Positions 7,780 through 17,039 of a stretch of 64,000 nt of DNA are shown here, in pieces. Within the stretch, counting starts at the first letter, position 1; every line of letters begins with the position of its first letter. This DNA is from Nocardioides sp. (GTDB taxonomy: Bacteria; Actinomycetota; Actinomycetes; Propionibacteriales; Nocardioidaceae), in assembly GCF_039767735.1 (NCBI RefSeq), contig NZ_JBDNBX010000053.1; one strand, given 5' to 3'. The translations under genes were made by a program, and so were the position numbers. The notes under the pieces are model-generated. The model worked only from the letters and a program-made list of their open reading frames with translations. It ran no database searches and was not told the origin of the DNA.

Positions 7780-10083
7780 TCATGCCCGGCGGGGCATCAG
7801 CCTGACGACCACCGACTTCGACGTCGGCGTGTTGCTGTGGGTCGCGGTCGCCTCGAGCGGCACCAGCGGGTTGGTCTCGGGGTAGTAGGCGGCCGCGCAG
7901 CCCAACGGCTGGTCGTAGCCCACCACCCGGAAGTCGTACGCCGTGCGCTCGCTGCCGTCGTCGGCCTCACTGACGATGTCGACGCGGGCGCCCTCCTCGA
8001 GACCGAGGTGGCGCAGGTCGTCGGGGTGCACGAAGACGACCCGACGGCCGCCCTTCACACCGCGGTAGCGGTCGTCGAGGCCGTAGATCGTGGTGTTGAA
8101 CTGGTCGTGGCTGCGCAGCGTCTGCAGGAGCAGCCGGCCCTCCGGCACCTCGAGCACCTCCAGCGGGCTCACGCTGAAGACCGCCCTGCCCGAGCCGGTC
8201 TCGAAGGTGCGCGAGTCCCGGGGCGGGTGCGGCAGGACGAACCCGCCCGGCTGCCTGCTGCGCTCGTCGTACGACTCGCAACCGGGGACCACCCGGGCGA
8301 TCCGGTCACGGATCGCGGTGTAGTCGTCGCGGAACTCCGCCCAGGGGATCGCGTGCCGGTCGCCGAGGGTCGCCAGGGCGAGGGAGCAGACGATGTCGAC
8401 CTCGGACCTCAGGTGCGCCGAGGCCGGTGCGAGAGGTCCGTGGGAGGCGTGCACGGCCGACATCGAGTCCTCGACGGTGACGCGTTGGGTGGTGCCGCCG
8501 GTGCGGTCGCGCTCCGAGCGCCCCAGGGCGGGCAGGATCAGCGCCTCGCGACCGGTGACGACGTGGGAGCGGTTGAGCTTGGTGGACACGTGGACGGTGA
8601 GGTCGGCGTTGCGCATCGCCCGCTCGGTGACCTCGGTGTCGGAGACCGCGGCGGTGAAGTTGCCGCCCATCCCGAGGAAGAAGCGGGCGCGACCGTCGCG
8701 CAGGGCACGAACGGCGTCGACGGTGTCGAGGCCGTGCTCGCGGGGAGGGTCGAAGCCGAACTCCGCCTGCAGGGCGTCGAGGAACTCCGGGGGCGACTTC
8801 TCCCAGATGCCCATCGTCCGGTCGCCCTGGACGTTGGAGTGCCCGCGCACCGGGCACAGCCCCGCACCGGGCTTGCCGATGTTGCCCTGCAGGAGGGCGA
8901 CGTTGACGATCTCCTTGATCGTCGCCACCGCGTTGCGGTGCTGGGTGATGCCCATCGCCCAGCAGAAGACCGTGGCCGACGAGGCAGGCAGCAGCTCGGC
9001 GGCCTCCTCGATCTGCGCCCTGGTGAGCCCGCTGGCGCGCTCCAGCTCGGCCCAGTCGACCTCGGCCACGTGGGCGAGCCACGCCTCGACGCCCTGCGTG
9101 TGCTGCTCGACGAAAGTGCGGTCGATGGCGTCGTGCGCGACCAGGTGGGCGGCGATGCCCTGGAACAGCGCGAGGTCGCCGTTGAGCCGCACCGGCAGGT
9201 GCAGGTCGGCCAGGTCGGTGCCCTGGCCCACCCATCCGCGCACCTTCTGCGGGTTGCGGAAGTTGACCAGGCCGGCCTCGCGCAGCGGGTTGATCGAGAT
9301 GATCTTCGCCCCACCTCGCTTGGCCTTCTCCAGGGCGCTGAGCATCCTCGGGTGGTTGGTGCCGGGGTTCTGCCCGGCGACGACGATCAGCTCGGCGGTC
9401 TCGACGTCGGTGAGCGAGACCGATCCCTTGCCGATGCCGATCGTCTCGGCGAGCGCGACCGAGGTGGACTCGTGGCACATGTTGGAGCAGTCGGGCAGGT
9501 TGTTGGTGCCGTAGGCCCGCGCGAAGAGCTGGTAGACGAAGGCGGCCTCGTTGGAGGTCTTGCCGGAGGTGTAGAAGACCGCCTCGTCCGGGCTGTCGAG
9601 CCCCTGCAGCGCCGTGGCCATCAGCGCGAACGCGTCGTCCCAGCCGATCGGCTCGTAGTGGGTGCCGCCGGCACGCCGCACCATCGGCTCGGTGATCCGG
9701 CCCTGCTGACCGAGCCAGTACTCCGTACGCCCCTCCAGATCGGCGAGCGAGTGCTCGGCGAAGAACGCCGGCGTGACGCGGCGCAGCGTCGCCTCCTCGG
9801 TGACCGCCTTGGCGCCGTTCTCGCAGAACTCCGCGGTGTGTCGGTGCTCGGGGTCCGGCCAGGCACACCCCTGGCAGTCGAACCCGTCGGTCTGGTTGAG
9901 CCGGAGCAGCGTGCGCGCCGTGCGCAGCGGGCCCATCTGCTCCACGGCACGCTTCATCGCGACCGCGACCGCCGTCGCGCCGGCCGCAGCGTGCGCCTCG
10001 CCGCCCACGGCGACGTCGGACTCGTCGATGTCGTCCTCGGGCGCCCGGCTGAGCGGGCCCAGCGGGGAGTGCGGCAGCTTCAT
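7780..10083 (-). CDS. FdhF/YdeP-family molybdopterin oxidoreductase
   Basis: YdeP-type N-terminus with FDCQGCAWPDPEHRHTAEFCENGAKAV, followed by molybdopterin oxidoreductase domains (SGKTSNEAAF, NLPDCSNMCHESTS). ATG at 10083 (MKLPHSPLG) overlaps the hmgA stop (ATGA). The 1118-aa track ORF is an out-of-frame 5' extension. Confidence 0.85.
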   Translation of the reverse strand: MKLPHSPLGPLSRAPEDDIDESDVAVGGEAHAAAGATAVAVAMKRAVEQMGPLRTARTLLRLNQTDGFDCQGCAWPDPEHRHTAEFCENGAKAVTEEATLRRVTPAFFAEHSLADLEGRTEYWLGQQGRITEPMVRRAGGTHYEPIGWDDAFALMATALQGLDSPDEAVFYTSGKTSNEAAFVYQLFARAYGTNNLPDCSNMCHESTSVALAETIGIGKGSVSLTDVETAELIVVAGQNPGTNHPRMLSALEKAKRGGAKIISINPLREAGLVNFRNPQKVRGWVGQGTDLADLHLPVRLNGDLALFQGIAAHLVAHDAIDRTFVEQHTQGVEAWLAHVAEVDWAELERASGLTRAQIEEAAELLPASSATVFCWAMGITQHRNAVATIKEIVNVALLQGNIGKPGAGLCPVRGHSNVQGDRTMGIWEKSPPEFLDALQAEFGFDPPREHGLDTVDAVRALRDGRARFFLGMGGNFTAAVSDTEVTERAMRNADLTVHVSTKLNRSHVVTGREALILPALGRSERDRTGGTTQRVTVEDSMSAVHASHGPLAPASAHLRSEVDIVCSLALATLGDRHAIPWAEFRDDYTAIRDRIARVVPGCESYDERSRQPGGFVLPHPPRDSRTFETGSGRAVFSVSPLEVLEVPEGRLLLQTLRSHDQFNTTIYGLDDRYRGVKGGRRVVFVHPDDLRHLGLEEGARVDIVSEADDGSERTAYDFRVVGYDQPLGCAAAYYPETNPLVPLEATATHSNTPTSKSVVVRLMPRRA

Positions 10084-11306
10084 GGCTCGATCGTCCCCCG
10101 GCGGGAGTCCGCCCCGTCCAGCGCCCACGTCCAGGCGTACGCCGGGTCCTCGCACGCCAGACCCCCCTCGCCGAGCTCCAGCGGGGCGAAGGTGTCGACC
10201 ATCACCGCTGACTCCTCGAACGCCTCGGCACCGAGCGAGGCCTCGATCGCCGACGGCTGCGGGCCGTGCGCGTGACCGCCGGGGTGCCAGGAGATCGAGC
10301 CGAGACCGATGCCAGAGCCCTTGCGCGCCTCGTAGTCGCCACCGACGTAGAACATGACCTCGTCGCTGTCCACGTTGGAGTGGTAGTAGGGCACCGGGAT
10401 CGCCAGCGGGTGGTAGTCGACCTTGCGGGGCAGGAAGTTGCAGACCACGAAGTTGTGGCCCTCGAAGACCTGGTGCACCGGCGGCGGCTGGTGCACCTTG
10501 CCGGTGATCGGCATGTAGTCCTCGATGTTGAAGGTGTAGGGGTACAGGCAGCCGTCCCAGCCGACGACGTCGAACGGGTGGGTGGCGTAGGTGAGCCGGG
10601 TCCCCACGACCTGGCCCTGGGCACGGTGCTTGACCAGGACCTCGGCGCCCTCGCGACCGTCCTCGACGACATGGACGGCCTCGGGTCCGCGCAGGTCGCG
10701 CTCGCTGTAGGGCGCGTGCTCGAGCAGCTGACCGAAGCGCGACAGGTACCGCCGCGGTGGGGCGATGTGACTGTTCGCCTCGATCGCGTAGAGCCGCGAG
10801 GCGGTGCTCGGCACCCAGCGGTGCGTGGTCGCGCGCGGAATGACCACGTAGTCGCCTGCTCGGTAGGCGAGGACGCCGAAGACCGTCTCGACGGTTCCTG
10901 CCCCGGACTCGACGTACACGCACTCGTCGCCGATCGCGTTCCGGTAGAGCGGCGACGGGTCGCGGGCCGCGTCGTCGGAGCCCGCGGTCACGACGTAGGA
11001 GATCCGGACGTCGTTGTTGCCCAGCACGACGCGACGGTCCAGCACGGGGTCGGTGCCGGTCGCCAGCTCGTGGAGCTTGAGGTGCCGCGGCTTGAGCGGG
11101 TGGTTGGGCATCCGCACCTGGTCGGGGAGCTCCCACACCGCCGAGGCCGTGATCGCCGACGGCACGCCCCGGTGGTACAGCAACGAGGAGTCGGAGGAGA
11201 AGCCCTCCTCCCCCATCAGCTCCTCGAAGTAGAGGTTGCCCGCGGGGTCGCGGTGCTGGGTGTGCCGCTTCGGCGGGACCGTGCCGAGCCGTCGGTAGTA
11301 CGCCAT
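10080..11306 (-). CDS. hmgA: homogentisate 1,2-dioxygenase
   Basis: N-terminus MAYYRRLGTVPPKRHTQHRDPAGNLYFEELMGEEGFSSDSSLLYH and the C-terminal cupin region YHSNVDSDEVMFYVGG are typical of actinobacterial HmgA. fahA lies nearby. Confidence 0.85.
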   Translation of the reverse strand: MAYYRRLGTVPPKRHTQHRDPAGNLYFEELMGEEGFSSDSSLLYHRGVPSAITASAVWELPDQVRMPNHPLKPRHLKLHELATGTDPVLDRRVVLGNNDVRISYVVTAGSDDAARDPSPLYRNAIGDECVYVESGAGTVETVFGVLAYRAGDYVVIPRATTHRWVPSTASRLYAIEANSHIAPPRRYLSRFGQLLEHAPYSERDLRGPEAVHVVEDGREGAEVLVKHRAQGQVVGTRLTYATHPFDVVGWDGCLYPYTFNIEDYMPITGKVHQPPPVHQVFEGHNFVVCNFLPRKVDYHPLAIPVPYYHSNVDSDEVMFYVGGDYEARKGSGIGLGSISWHPGGHAHGPQPSAIEASLGAEAFEESAVMVDTFAPLELGEGGLACEDPAYAWTWALDGADSRRGTIEP

Positions 11307-11324
11307 GCCTGGGACACTAACCCC

Positions 11325-12026
11325 ATGGTGAGACCGGACACGTTCCAGCGCTTCGTCGACGACGCGAGCCCCCTCGGGGCGAGCCTCGAGCGGCGTGCCT
11401 CGCCCGTGCGTGGCGACCGGGTCGTCAACGACGAGGACCTCCCGCGGCTCGGTCGCTACGCCGGCGACGTGCGGCTCCGGGTGACCGGGGGCGCCGGGCA
11501 GGTCGGCGGGCCGACGGCGTACTGCCGCCGCCACGGCCTCGAGGTGAGCTCCCTCGACCTCGCGGTCGGTGACCTCGACGACCCCGCCGGCAACGTGCGC
11601 CGACTCCTCGCCGCGCTCGACGTCGCCCTCGATGCCGGCGACGTCCTGGAGGACACCGTCGTGCACCTTCGCGTGGGTGGGTCCCGCGGGCTGCTGACCC
11701 CGTCCTGGCTGGCGGCGCTCGACGCGATCGCCGAGGCGGAGTGGGTGGCGGCGCTCCCCCTCGAGGCCTTCGACCCGCTCGGGGCCGGCGGCGGCGACGA
11801 GGGCGCGCCAGGGGCCGGGCTCGCGGCCTGGATCGATGCCGCGATGGACCGTGAGACCGCGGTCTCCTTCGTCGGGGGCAGCGTCGAGCAGGCGCTCGCC
11901 GGCCTCACCACGGCGGCGCGGCTATGGGGCGACGAGACCGACCTGGCCCGTGCCCGGCGCTGGGTCCGCAGCTGGGCGACCGAGGACCCGGACGCCGCGC
12001 TCGACCACCTGCAGGGCCTGGCGTGA
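11325..12026 (+). CDS. hypothetical acidic protein (no domain recognised), coupled to fahA
   Basis: 233 codons with strongly GC-biased third positions (read by hand). ATG sits 18 bp from the divergent hmgA start. Its stop overlaps the fahA GTG (GTGA). I recognise no motif. Confidence 0.6.
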   Translation: MVRPDTFQRFVDDASPLGASLERRASPVRGDRVVNDEDLPRLGRYAGDVRLRVTGGAGQVGGPTAYCRRHGLEVSSLDLAVGDLDDPAGNVRRLLAALDVALDAGDVLEDTVVHLRVGGSRGLLTPSWLAALDAIAEAEWVAALPLEAFDPLGAGGGDEGAPGAGLAAWIDAAMDRETAVSFVGGSVEQALAGLTTAARLWGDETDLARARRWVRSWATEDPDAALDHLQGLA

Positions 12027-13132
12027 GCACCCCGGCGCCGCCGGAGGGCTTCGGCCTCGACCACCTGCCCTACGGCATCTTCTCGGTGGCCGGCGGCGCC
12101 CCCGGGGTCGGCGTCCGGTACGGCGACGGAGTGCTCGACCTGGCCTTCGAGACCGGCCGCCCGGAGCTCGCCCAGCCGAGGCTCAACGCGTTCCTCGCCT
12201 GCGGACGAGCGACCTGGAGCGAGGTGCGCGCCGAGGCACGGGCACTCCTCGAGGGTGGCGCGCAGACGCTCCCGCTGACCGACGTCGACCTGCACCTGCC
12301 CTTCGCGGTCGCCGACTACGTCGACTTCTACGCCTCCGAGCAGCACGCCACCAACGTGGGGCGCCTGTTCCGCCCGGACTCGGACGCCCTGCTGCCCAAC
12401 TGGAAGCACCTGCCCGTGGGCTACCACGGACGCGCGGGCACGGTCGTGGCCTCGGGCACCCCCGTCGTGCGGCCCAGCGGCCAGCGAGGTCCCGGCGACG
12501 TGGGGCCGACGCGTCGACTCGACCTCGAGGCCGAGCTGGGCTTCGTCGTCGGGGTCGGCTCGAGGCTCGGGACACCGGTCCCGGCGGCGGACCTCGCCGA
12601 GCACGTCTTCGGGGTCGTCGGCCTGAACGACTGGTCCGCGCGTGACCTCCAGGCGTGGGAGTACGTGCCGCTGGGGCCCTTCTTGGGCAAGTCGTTCGCG
12701 ACCTCGATCTCGCACTGGGTCACCCCGCTCGACGCGCTCGACGCCGCGTGGTGCGACCTGCCGAGGCAGGACCCCCGCCCGGCGGACTACCTCGCGCCGG
12801 GGGCCGCGCGCGGCCTCGACGTCGCGGTGGAGGTGGAGATCGACGGGCAGGTGGTCAGCAGGCCGCCGTACTCCTCGACCTACTGGGGCCCGGCGCAGAT
12901 GCTGGCCCACCTCACGGTCAACGGCGCCTCGCTGCGCCCCGGCGACCTCGTCGGGTCCGGCACCATCAGCGGCGCGGAGCCCGACCAGGTCGGCTCCCTG
13001 CTCGAGCTGTACGGCGGGACCCGGTTCCTCGACGACGGCTCGACCGTGGTGCTGCGCTACTCGGCGCCCGGCGTCGGTGGCGGCAGGATCACCCTGGGTG
13101 AGGTCCGCGGCACGGTCCGGCCGGCCGGCTGA
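12023..13132 (+). CDS. fahA: fumarylacetoacetase
   Basis: FAA-hydrolase N-terminal signature GFGLDHLPYGIFS and C-terminal FAH fold (HVFGVVGLNDWSARDLQAWEYVPLGPFLGKSF). GTG at 12023. Confidence 0.85.
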   Translation: MSTPAPPEGFGLDHLPYGIFSVAGGAPGVGVRYGDGVLDLAFETGRPELAQPRLNAFLACGRATWSEVRAEARALLEGGAQTLPLTDVDLHLPFAVADYVDFYASEQHATNVGRLFRPDSDALLPNWKHLPVGYHGRAGTVVASGTPVVRPSGQRGPGDVGPTRRLDLEAELGFVVGVGSRLGTPVPAADLAEHVFGVVGLNDWSARDLQAWEYVPLGPFLGKSFATSISHWVTPLDALDAAWCDLPRQDPRPADYLAPGAARGLDVAVEVEIDGQVVSRPPYSSTYWGPAQMLAHLTVNGASLRPGDLVGSGTISGAEPDQVGSLLELYGGTRFLDDGSTVVLRYSAPGVGGGRITLGEVRGTVRPAG

Positions 13133-13158
13133 ACCGGATCCCCGGTGGCCCGCTCGGC

Positions 13159-14298
13159 TCAGTGCGGCGCGGGCACGGCGACGACGCCGAGCCAGCCCGC
13201 CAGCTCGGCGAGGCGTGCCTCGACGCCGTCGCGGACCACGGGGGTGAACGGCTCGTCCTCGTGCACCGCGTGCACCAGCAACTCGCCGGCCTCGTGGTCC
13301 GCGGTCGCGTCGACCTTGCCGACCAGCCGGTGGCCGTGCAGCACCGGGAGCGCGTAGTAGCCCCACCGACGCTTGGCTCTCGGCTTGAACATCTCCAGGG
13401 CGTAGTCGAAGCCCAGCAGGTCGCTCATCCGCTTGCGGTCGTGCAGGAGGACGTCGAAGGGTGCCAGCAGGACGGTGCGCCGGGCGGCCGGGTCGTCGAA
13501 GAGGTCCGCCGAGTCCCGGGCAGCGGCCAGGACGTCCGGGTCGACGCGCCAGCGCCCCCGCACGCCCTCCACGACGGCCGGCTCGCCGGCCTCTCCGCCG
13601 CCCACCGGCTCGCCCTGCTGGTAGACGTCCCCGGAGCGAGCCAGACCGAAGGCTCGCAGCCGCCGACGATCGTTCTCGGCGAGGGAGTCGGCCAGGGCCG
13701 GCACCGGCTGGTCGAGGTAGACGCGCTCGGCGAGGTCGTAGGACCGCTCGCCGTCCTCACGCCCGGCGACCGCGACCTCGCCGCGCTGCACGAGCTGGGC
13801 GACGAGCATCCGGACGTTCTTGCCGTTGTTCCACCCCGAGGAGCGCCAGGGCCGCTCGCAGGTGTCGGGCAACGCGCTCACCGGGAGCGGGCCCTCCTGA
13901 CGCAGCCGCTCGAGCACGTCGAGCCGTGCCCCCTCGTTGGCCTGCACCCACTCGCTCAGCTGGTGGTGCCAGTCCTTCCAGGCGCCCGGCGTCGGCCAGG
14001 CGGCCATCTCCGCGCGGTAGAGCGTCGCGTCCTCGACCGGGCGCAGCGCGCCACCGACCTCGACGATCCGCTGGGCCGCGACCGCGTCGTCCAGGTCGCC
14101 TCGCCGGTGCTGCGCACCGAGCCGGGACCACAGGACCAGGTCGGCTGCGGGGGCGACCGCCCTGGTCCGGTCGAGCGGCAGCATCGTGAGGCGCCGGGCG
14201 GCGTCGTACAGGTCGTCGGGCCGCTCGGAGGCCAGCAGGGCACCCAGCACCGCGATCCGGCAGGCCTGGTCGCGGGTCAGGGCGTGGGCGACGGCCAT
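13159..14298 (-). CDS. YcaQ-family winged-helix protein (DNA interstrand-crosslink glycosylase family)
   Basis: Family-typical segments LLAPFDVLLHDRKRMSDLLGFDYALEMFKPRAKRRWGYYALPVL and GKNVRMLVAQLVQRGEVAV. The start is ATG 14298 or GTG 14304. Confidence 0.7.
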   Translation of the reverse strand: MAVAHALTRDQACRIAVLGALLASERPDDLYDAARRLTMLPLDRTRAVAPAADLVLWSRLGAQHRRGDLDDAVAAQRIVEVGGALRPVEDATLYRAEMAAWPTPGAWKDWHHQLSEWVQANEGARLDVLERLRQEGPLPVSALPDTCERPWRSSGWNNGKNVRMLVAQLVQRGEVAVAGREDGERSYDLAERVYLDQPVPALADSLAENDRRRLRAFGLARSGDVYQQGEPVGGGEAGEPAVVEGVRGRWRVDPDVLAAARDSADLFDDPAARRTVLLAPFDVLLHDRKRMSDLLGFDYALEMFKPRAKRRWGYYALPVLHGHRLVGKVDATADHEAGELLVHAVHEDEPFTPVVRDGVEARLAELAGWLGVVAVPAPH

Positions 14299-14415
14299 GC
14301 GCACGAGGATGCCACGAGGTGGGGACGACCACCGGACACCGTCCGCACCCAGCGCGCCGCCTCCTCGTCATGTCGAACCCGCCGCCCGTTCATCGACCCA
14401 GGCGAGCGTGGCGGC

Positions 14416-15525
14416 GTGCGGATCGCCCAAATCGCCAACTTCATCGGCCCGGCGTCGGGAGGCATGCGTTTCGCCGTCGAGGCCCTGGGGCGTGGCTACG
14501 TCGAGGCCGGCGCACGGCGGTTGCTCGTCGTGCCGGGCCCCGTGGACGCCACGACCAGCACGCCGTACGGCGACGTGGTCCAGGTCCGCGCCCCGCGCGT
14601 GGGCGGTGCCGGCTACCGGCTGATCGTGGAGCCGTGGCGCGTCATCGACGTCCTGGAGGACTTCGCCCCCACCTGCGTGGAGATGAGCGACAAGACGACC
14701 CTGCTGCCCGTCGCCCGCTGGGCCCGCCGACGCGGCGTGCTCACCACGCTGCTCTCGCACGAGCGGATGGACGACATGCTCGCGATGAGGACAGGCCTCG
14801 ACACCACCTCGAAGGCCTCGATCGCGATCCTCAACCGGCTGCTGGTGCGCAGCGTGGACCAGGTCGTGGTGACCTCTCGCTACGCCCAGGCGGAGTTCGC
14901 GGCCGTGGCCGCCTCGGCCGGGTGCGACGTCGTCCGGGTCCCCCTCGGGGTCGACCTGGAGACCTTCCGTCCCCGCGGCTGGCAGCCGTCGACGACGCTG
15001 CGGCTGGTCCACGCCGGGCGGCTCTCCCGGGAGAAGTCGCCCCACCTCGCGGTGGCCACCGCCCTCGAGCTCCATCGCCGCGGCGTCCGCGTCGAGCTGA
15101 CGGTGTACGGCGACGGACCGCACCGCGACGAGCTGGCCGAGCTGGCCGGGGCCGGACCGGTGCGCTTCGCCGGTCACGTGGCCGACCGCGCCGAGCTGAG
15201 CGCCCGTCTGGGTGCCGCCGACGTCGCCCTGTCGGTCTGTCCCGGGGAGACGTTCGGGCTCGCGGTGCTGGAGTCCTTGGCCAGCGCGACGCCCGTGGTC
15301 ACGGCCGACCGTGGCGGGGCCAGGGAGCTGGTCGACGGCGCCTCCGGGGACTGGGGGCGCGCCGATCCCGGCTCGTTGGCCGACGCCGAGCTGCGCGTGG
15401 CAGCCCGACCGGCGCGCCAGCGCCGCGCGGCCGCGCGCGAGCGCGCCGAGGGGTTCCCCTGGCGCACCACGGTGGGCCGGATGCTCGACGTGCACGCCGG
15501 CCCGAGGGTCGAAGCCGTCTCCTGA
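14416..15525 (+). CDS. GT4-family (GT-B) glycosyltransferase
   Basis: N-terminus VRIAQIANFIGPASGGM and C-terminal EX7E-type region PGETFGLAVLESLASATPVV, which are PimB/MgtA-like. GTG at 14416. Confidence 0.8.
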   Translation: MRIAQIANFIGPASGGMRFAVEALGRGYVEAGARRLLVVPGPVDATTSTPYGDVVQVRAPRVGGAGYRLIVEPWRVIDVLEDFAPTCVEMSDKTTLLPVARWARRRGVLTTLLSHERMDDMLAMRTGLDTTSKASIAILNRLLVRSVDQVVVTSRYAQAEFAAVAASAGCDVVRVPLGVDLETFRPRGWQPSTTLRLVHAGRLSREKSPHLAVATALELHRRGVRVELTVYGDGPHRDELAELAGAGPVRFAGHVADRAELSARLGAADVALSVCPGETFGLAVLESLASATPVVTADRGGARELVDGASGDWGRADPGSLADAELRVAARPARQRRAAARERAEGFPWRTTVGRMLDVHAGPRVEAVS

Positions 15526-15539
15526 GCCCGGCCTGGTCG

Positions 15540-17030
15540 TCAGCGACGTGGCGCGGCCAGGGTCGGCTCGTCCTGAGCGGGGATCCACTCCGCCGACACG
15601 ATCCGGTCGATCCTCGCCCGCGACGCCCGGGTCAGCAGGAGCAGGGGCACGAGCACCGCCAGCAGCAGCGAGCCGAGCACGATCGCCAGGTAGGCGCCGT
15701 GCAGGGACGAGTCCAGGGGCGCGGCCAGCCCGAAGACCAGGGACCAGCCGAGCAGGGCGGCCATCGCGGTGCGCGGCAGCCGGACCACCGCGAGGAACGG
15801 CGCGACCCAGAGGAAGTACCACAGGTGCACCACCGGGCTGAGCAGCACCAGGGCACCCATCACCAGCGCGACGGCACGCACCGCCTCGACCGCGGAGCCC
15901 GTGCGCCACCGCAGGGCCACCGCCGCGGCGAGACCGAGAGCCGTCACGGTGGCCACCTGACGGACGAGGTCGAGGAAGGTCGCGTCGTCGAGACCCATCC
16001 CGAGGATCCGGGTCGACCAGTCCAGCGCGCCGCCGACGAGGGTCGGCATCGACAGCGGCGTGTTGACCGTGCCCGGCACGCCGAGCGCGCGCACCCAGCC
16101 CACGCCCAGCCCGGTGACCACGCCCAGCCCGAGGAGCAGACCGCCGGAGGCGGCAGCCACGGCGCCGAGGCGTCGGAGGCGGTCGACGAGGGTGGCGGTC
16201 GCCGGCAGGGACAGCAGCACGATCCCGATGCAGACCAGTCCTCCCGGCGCCTTGACCGCCGCGGCCGCCCCACCGAGCAGTGCCCCGTAGAACCACCCGT
16301 GCTCCTGCGCGACGACGAGGGCGGCGGCCATCAGGCCGACCATCAGCAGGTCGTTGTGCAGCCCACCGACACCGTTGGCCAGCATCAGCGGCGAGGCGAG
16401 GACGACCGCGGCGGCCAGGGCGGGGTTCAGCCCGCTCCACCCGGCCAGGCGGGGCACCGCCCAGGCGAGCAGGACGAGACCGACCAGCGCCAGCATCCGG
16501 TGGCCGATCACCAGGACCCACGGGTTGCCGGTGAGCTGGGCACCGAAGGAGCCGACCGACACCGGGATCGGGCCGTACGGCGTCACCGTCTCCATCCAGC
16601 GCGGGTCGACGGCCTCGACGATCGGACCGCTGAGGACCGAGGGTCCGTGCTCGTACGGCGAGATCCCGGCCTTGGCGAGCATCCCCTGCGCGGCGTACGA
16701 CCAGCCGTCGCGGGAGAACAACGGGGGCGCGAGCACGAGCGGGGCCGACCAGACCAGGGTTGCGTGACGCACCAGGGCGAGCGCGTCCTCGCGATCCTCG
16801 CTGTGCAGGACGCTGGCGTGGGCGACGTGACGGCACAGGCTCAGCCACTGCGAGGCGACCAGGCCGAGGCCCAGCATCACGATGCCGAGCGAGACCATCC
16901 GCCCGACCTCGGACCCGTGGACCTGCGGCAGGAGCGCGTGCTGCATCAGGGGCGTGGAGCCGGGCAGCACCGAGACACCGAGACCCCCGACGAGGACCAG
17001 CACACTGCCGAGAAATCCGCGTACGAGCAC
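15540..17030 (-). CDS. polyprenol-phosphate-mannose-dependent alpha-(1-6)-mannosyltransferase-like membrane protein (MptB/DUF2029-like)
   Basis: About 12 predicted TM segments. The first-loop motif FSRDGWSYAAQG resembles the SRDVYSY..QG motif of MptA/MptB-type GT-C enzymes. Confidence 0.6.
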   Translation of the reverse strand: MLVRGFLGSVLVLVGGLGVSVLPGSTPLMQHALLPQVHGSEVGRMVSLGIVMLGLGLVASQWLSLCRHVAHASVLHSEDREDALALVRHATLVWSAPLVLAPPLFSRDGWSYAAQGMLAKAGISPYEHGPSVLSGPIVEAVDPRWMETVTPYGPIPVSVGSFGAQLTGNPWVLVIGHRMLALVGLVLLAWAVPRLAGWSGLNPALAAAVVLASPLMLANGVGGLHNDLLMVGLMAAALVVAQEHGWFYGALLGGAAAAVKAPGGLVCIGIVLLSLPATATLVDRLRRLGAVAAASGGLLLGLGVVTGLGVGWVRALGVPGTVNTPLSMPTLVGGALDWSTRILGMGLDDATFLDLVRQVATVTALGLAAAVALRWRTGSAVEAVRAVALVMGALVLLSPVVHLWYFLWVAPFLAVVRLPRTAMAALLGWSLVFGLAAPLDSSLHGAYLAIVLGSLLLAVLVPLLLLTRASRARIDRIVSAEWIPAQDEPTLAAPRR

Positions 17031-17039
17031 ACGCGGAGG

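Noticed and set aside
7837-10275. Other very long alternative-frame ORFs: 7837..10275 (+), 40356..42599 (+), 58755..61622 (+), 3437..5554 (+), 53575..55653 (+), and the 5' parts of 51899..54667 (-) and 33748..37098 (-).
   Set aside because: The artefact is the same. All overlap genes with clear family motifs (YdeP, nuoG, antiporter/menD, LrgAB/tag, the LAL regulator, nuoL/M). Their own translations are R/G/P/A-rich with no recognisable domains.
10084-11136. The N-terminal 350 residues of the 1118-aa track ORF 7780..11136, which could be read as an unusually large molybdoenzyme.
   Set aside because: That part overlaps hmgA in another frame and is low-complexity. The YdeP-family N-terminus (MKLPHSPLG...FDCQGCAWPDPEH) begins at ATG 10083, which overlaps the hmgA stop.
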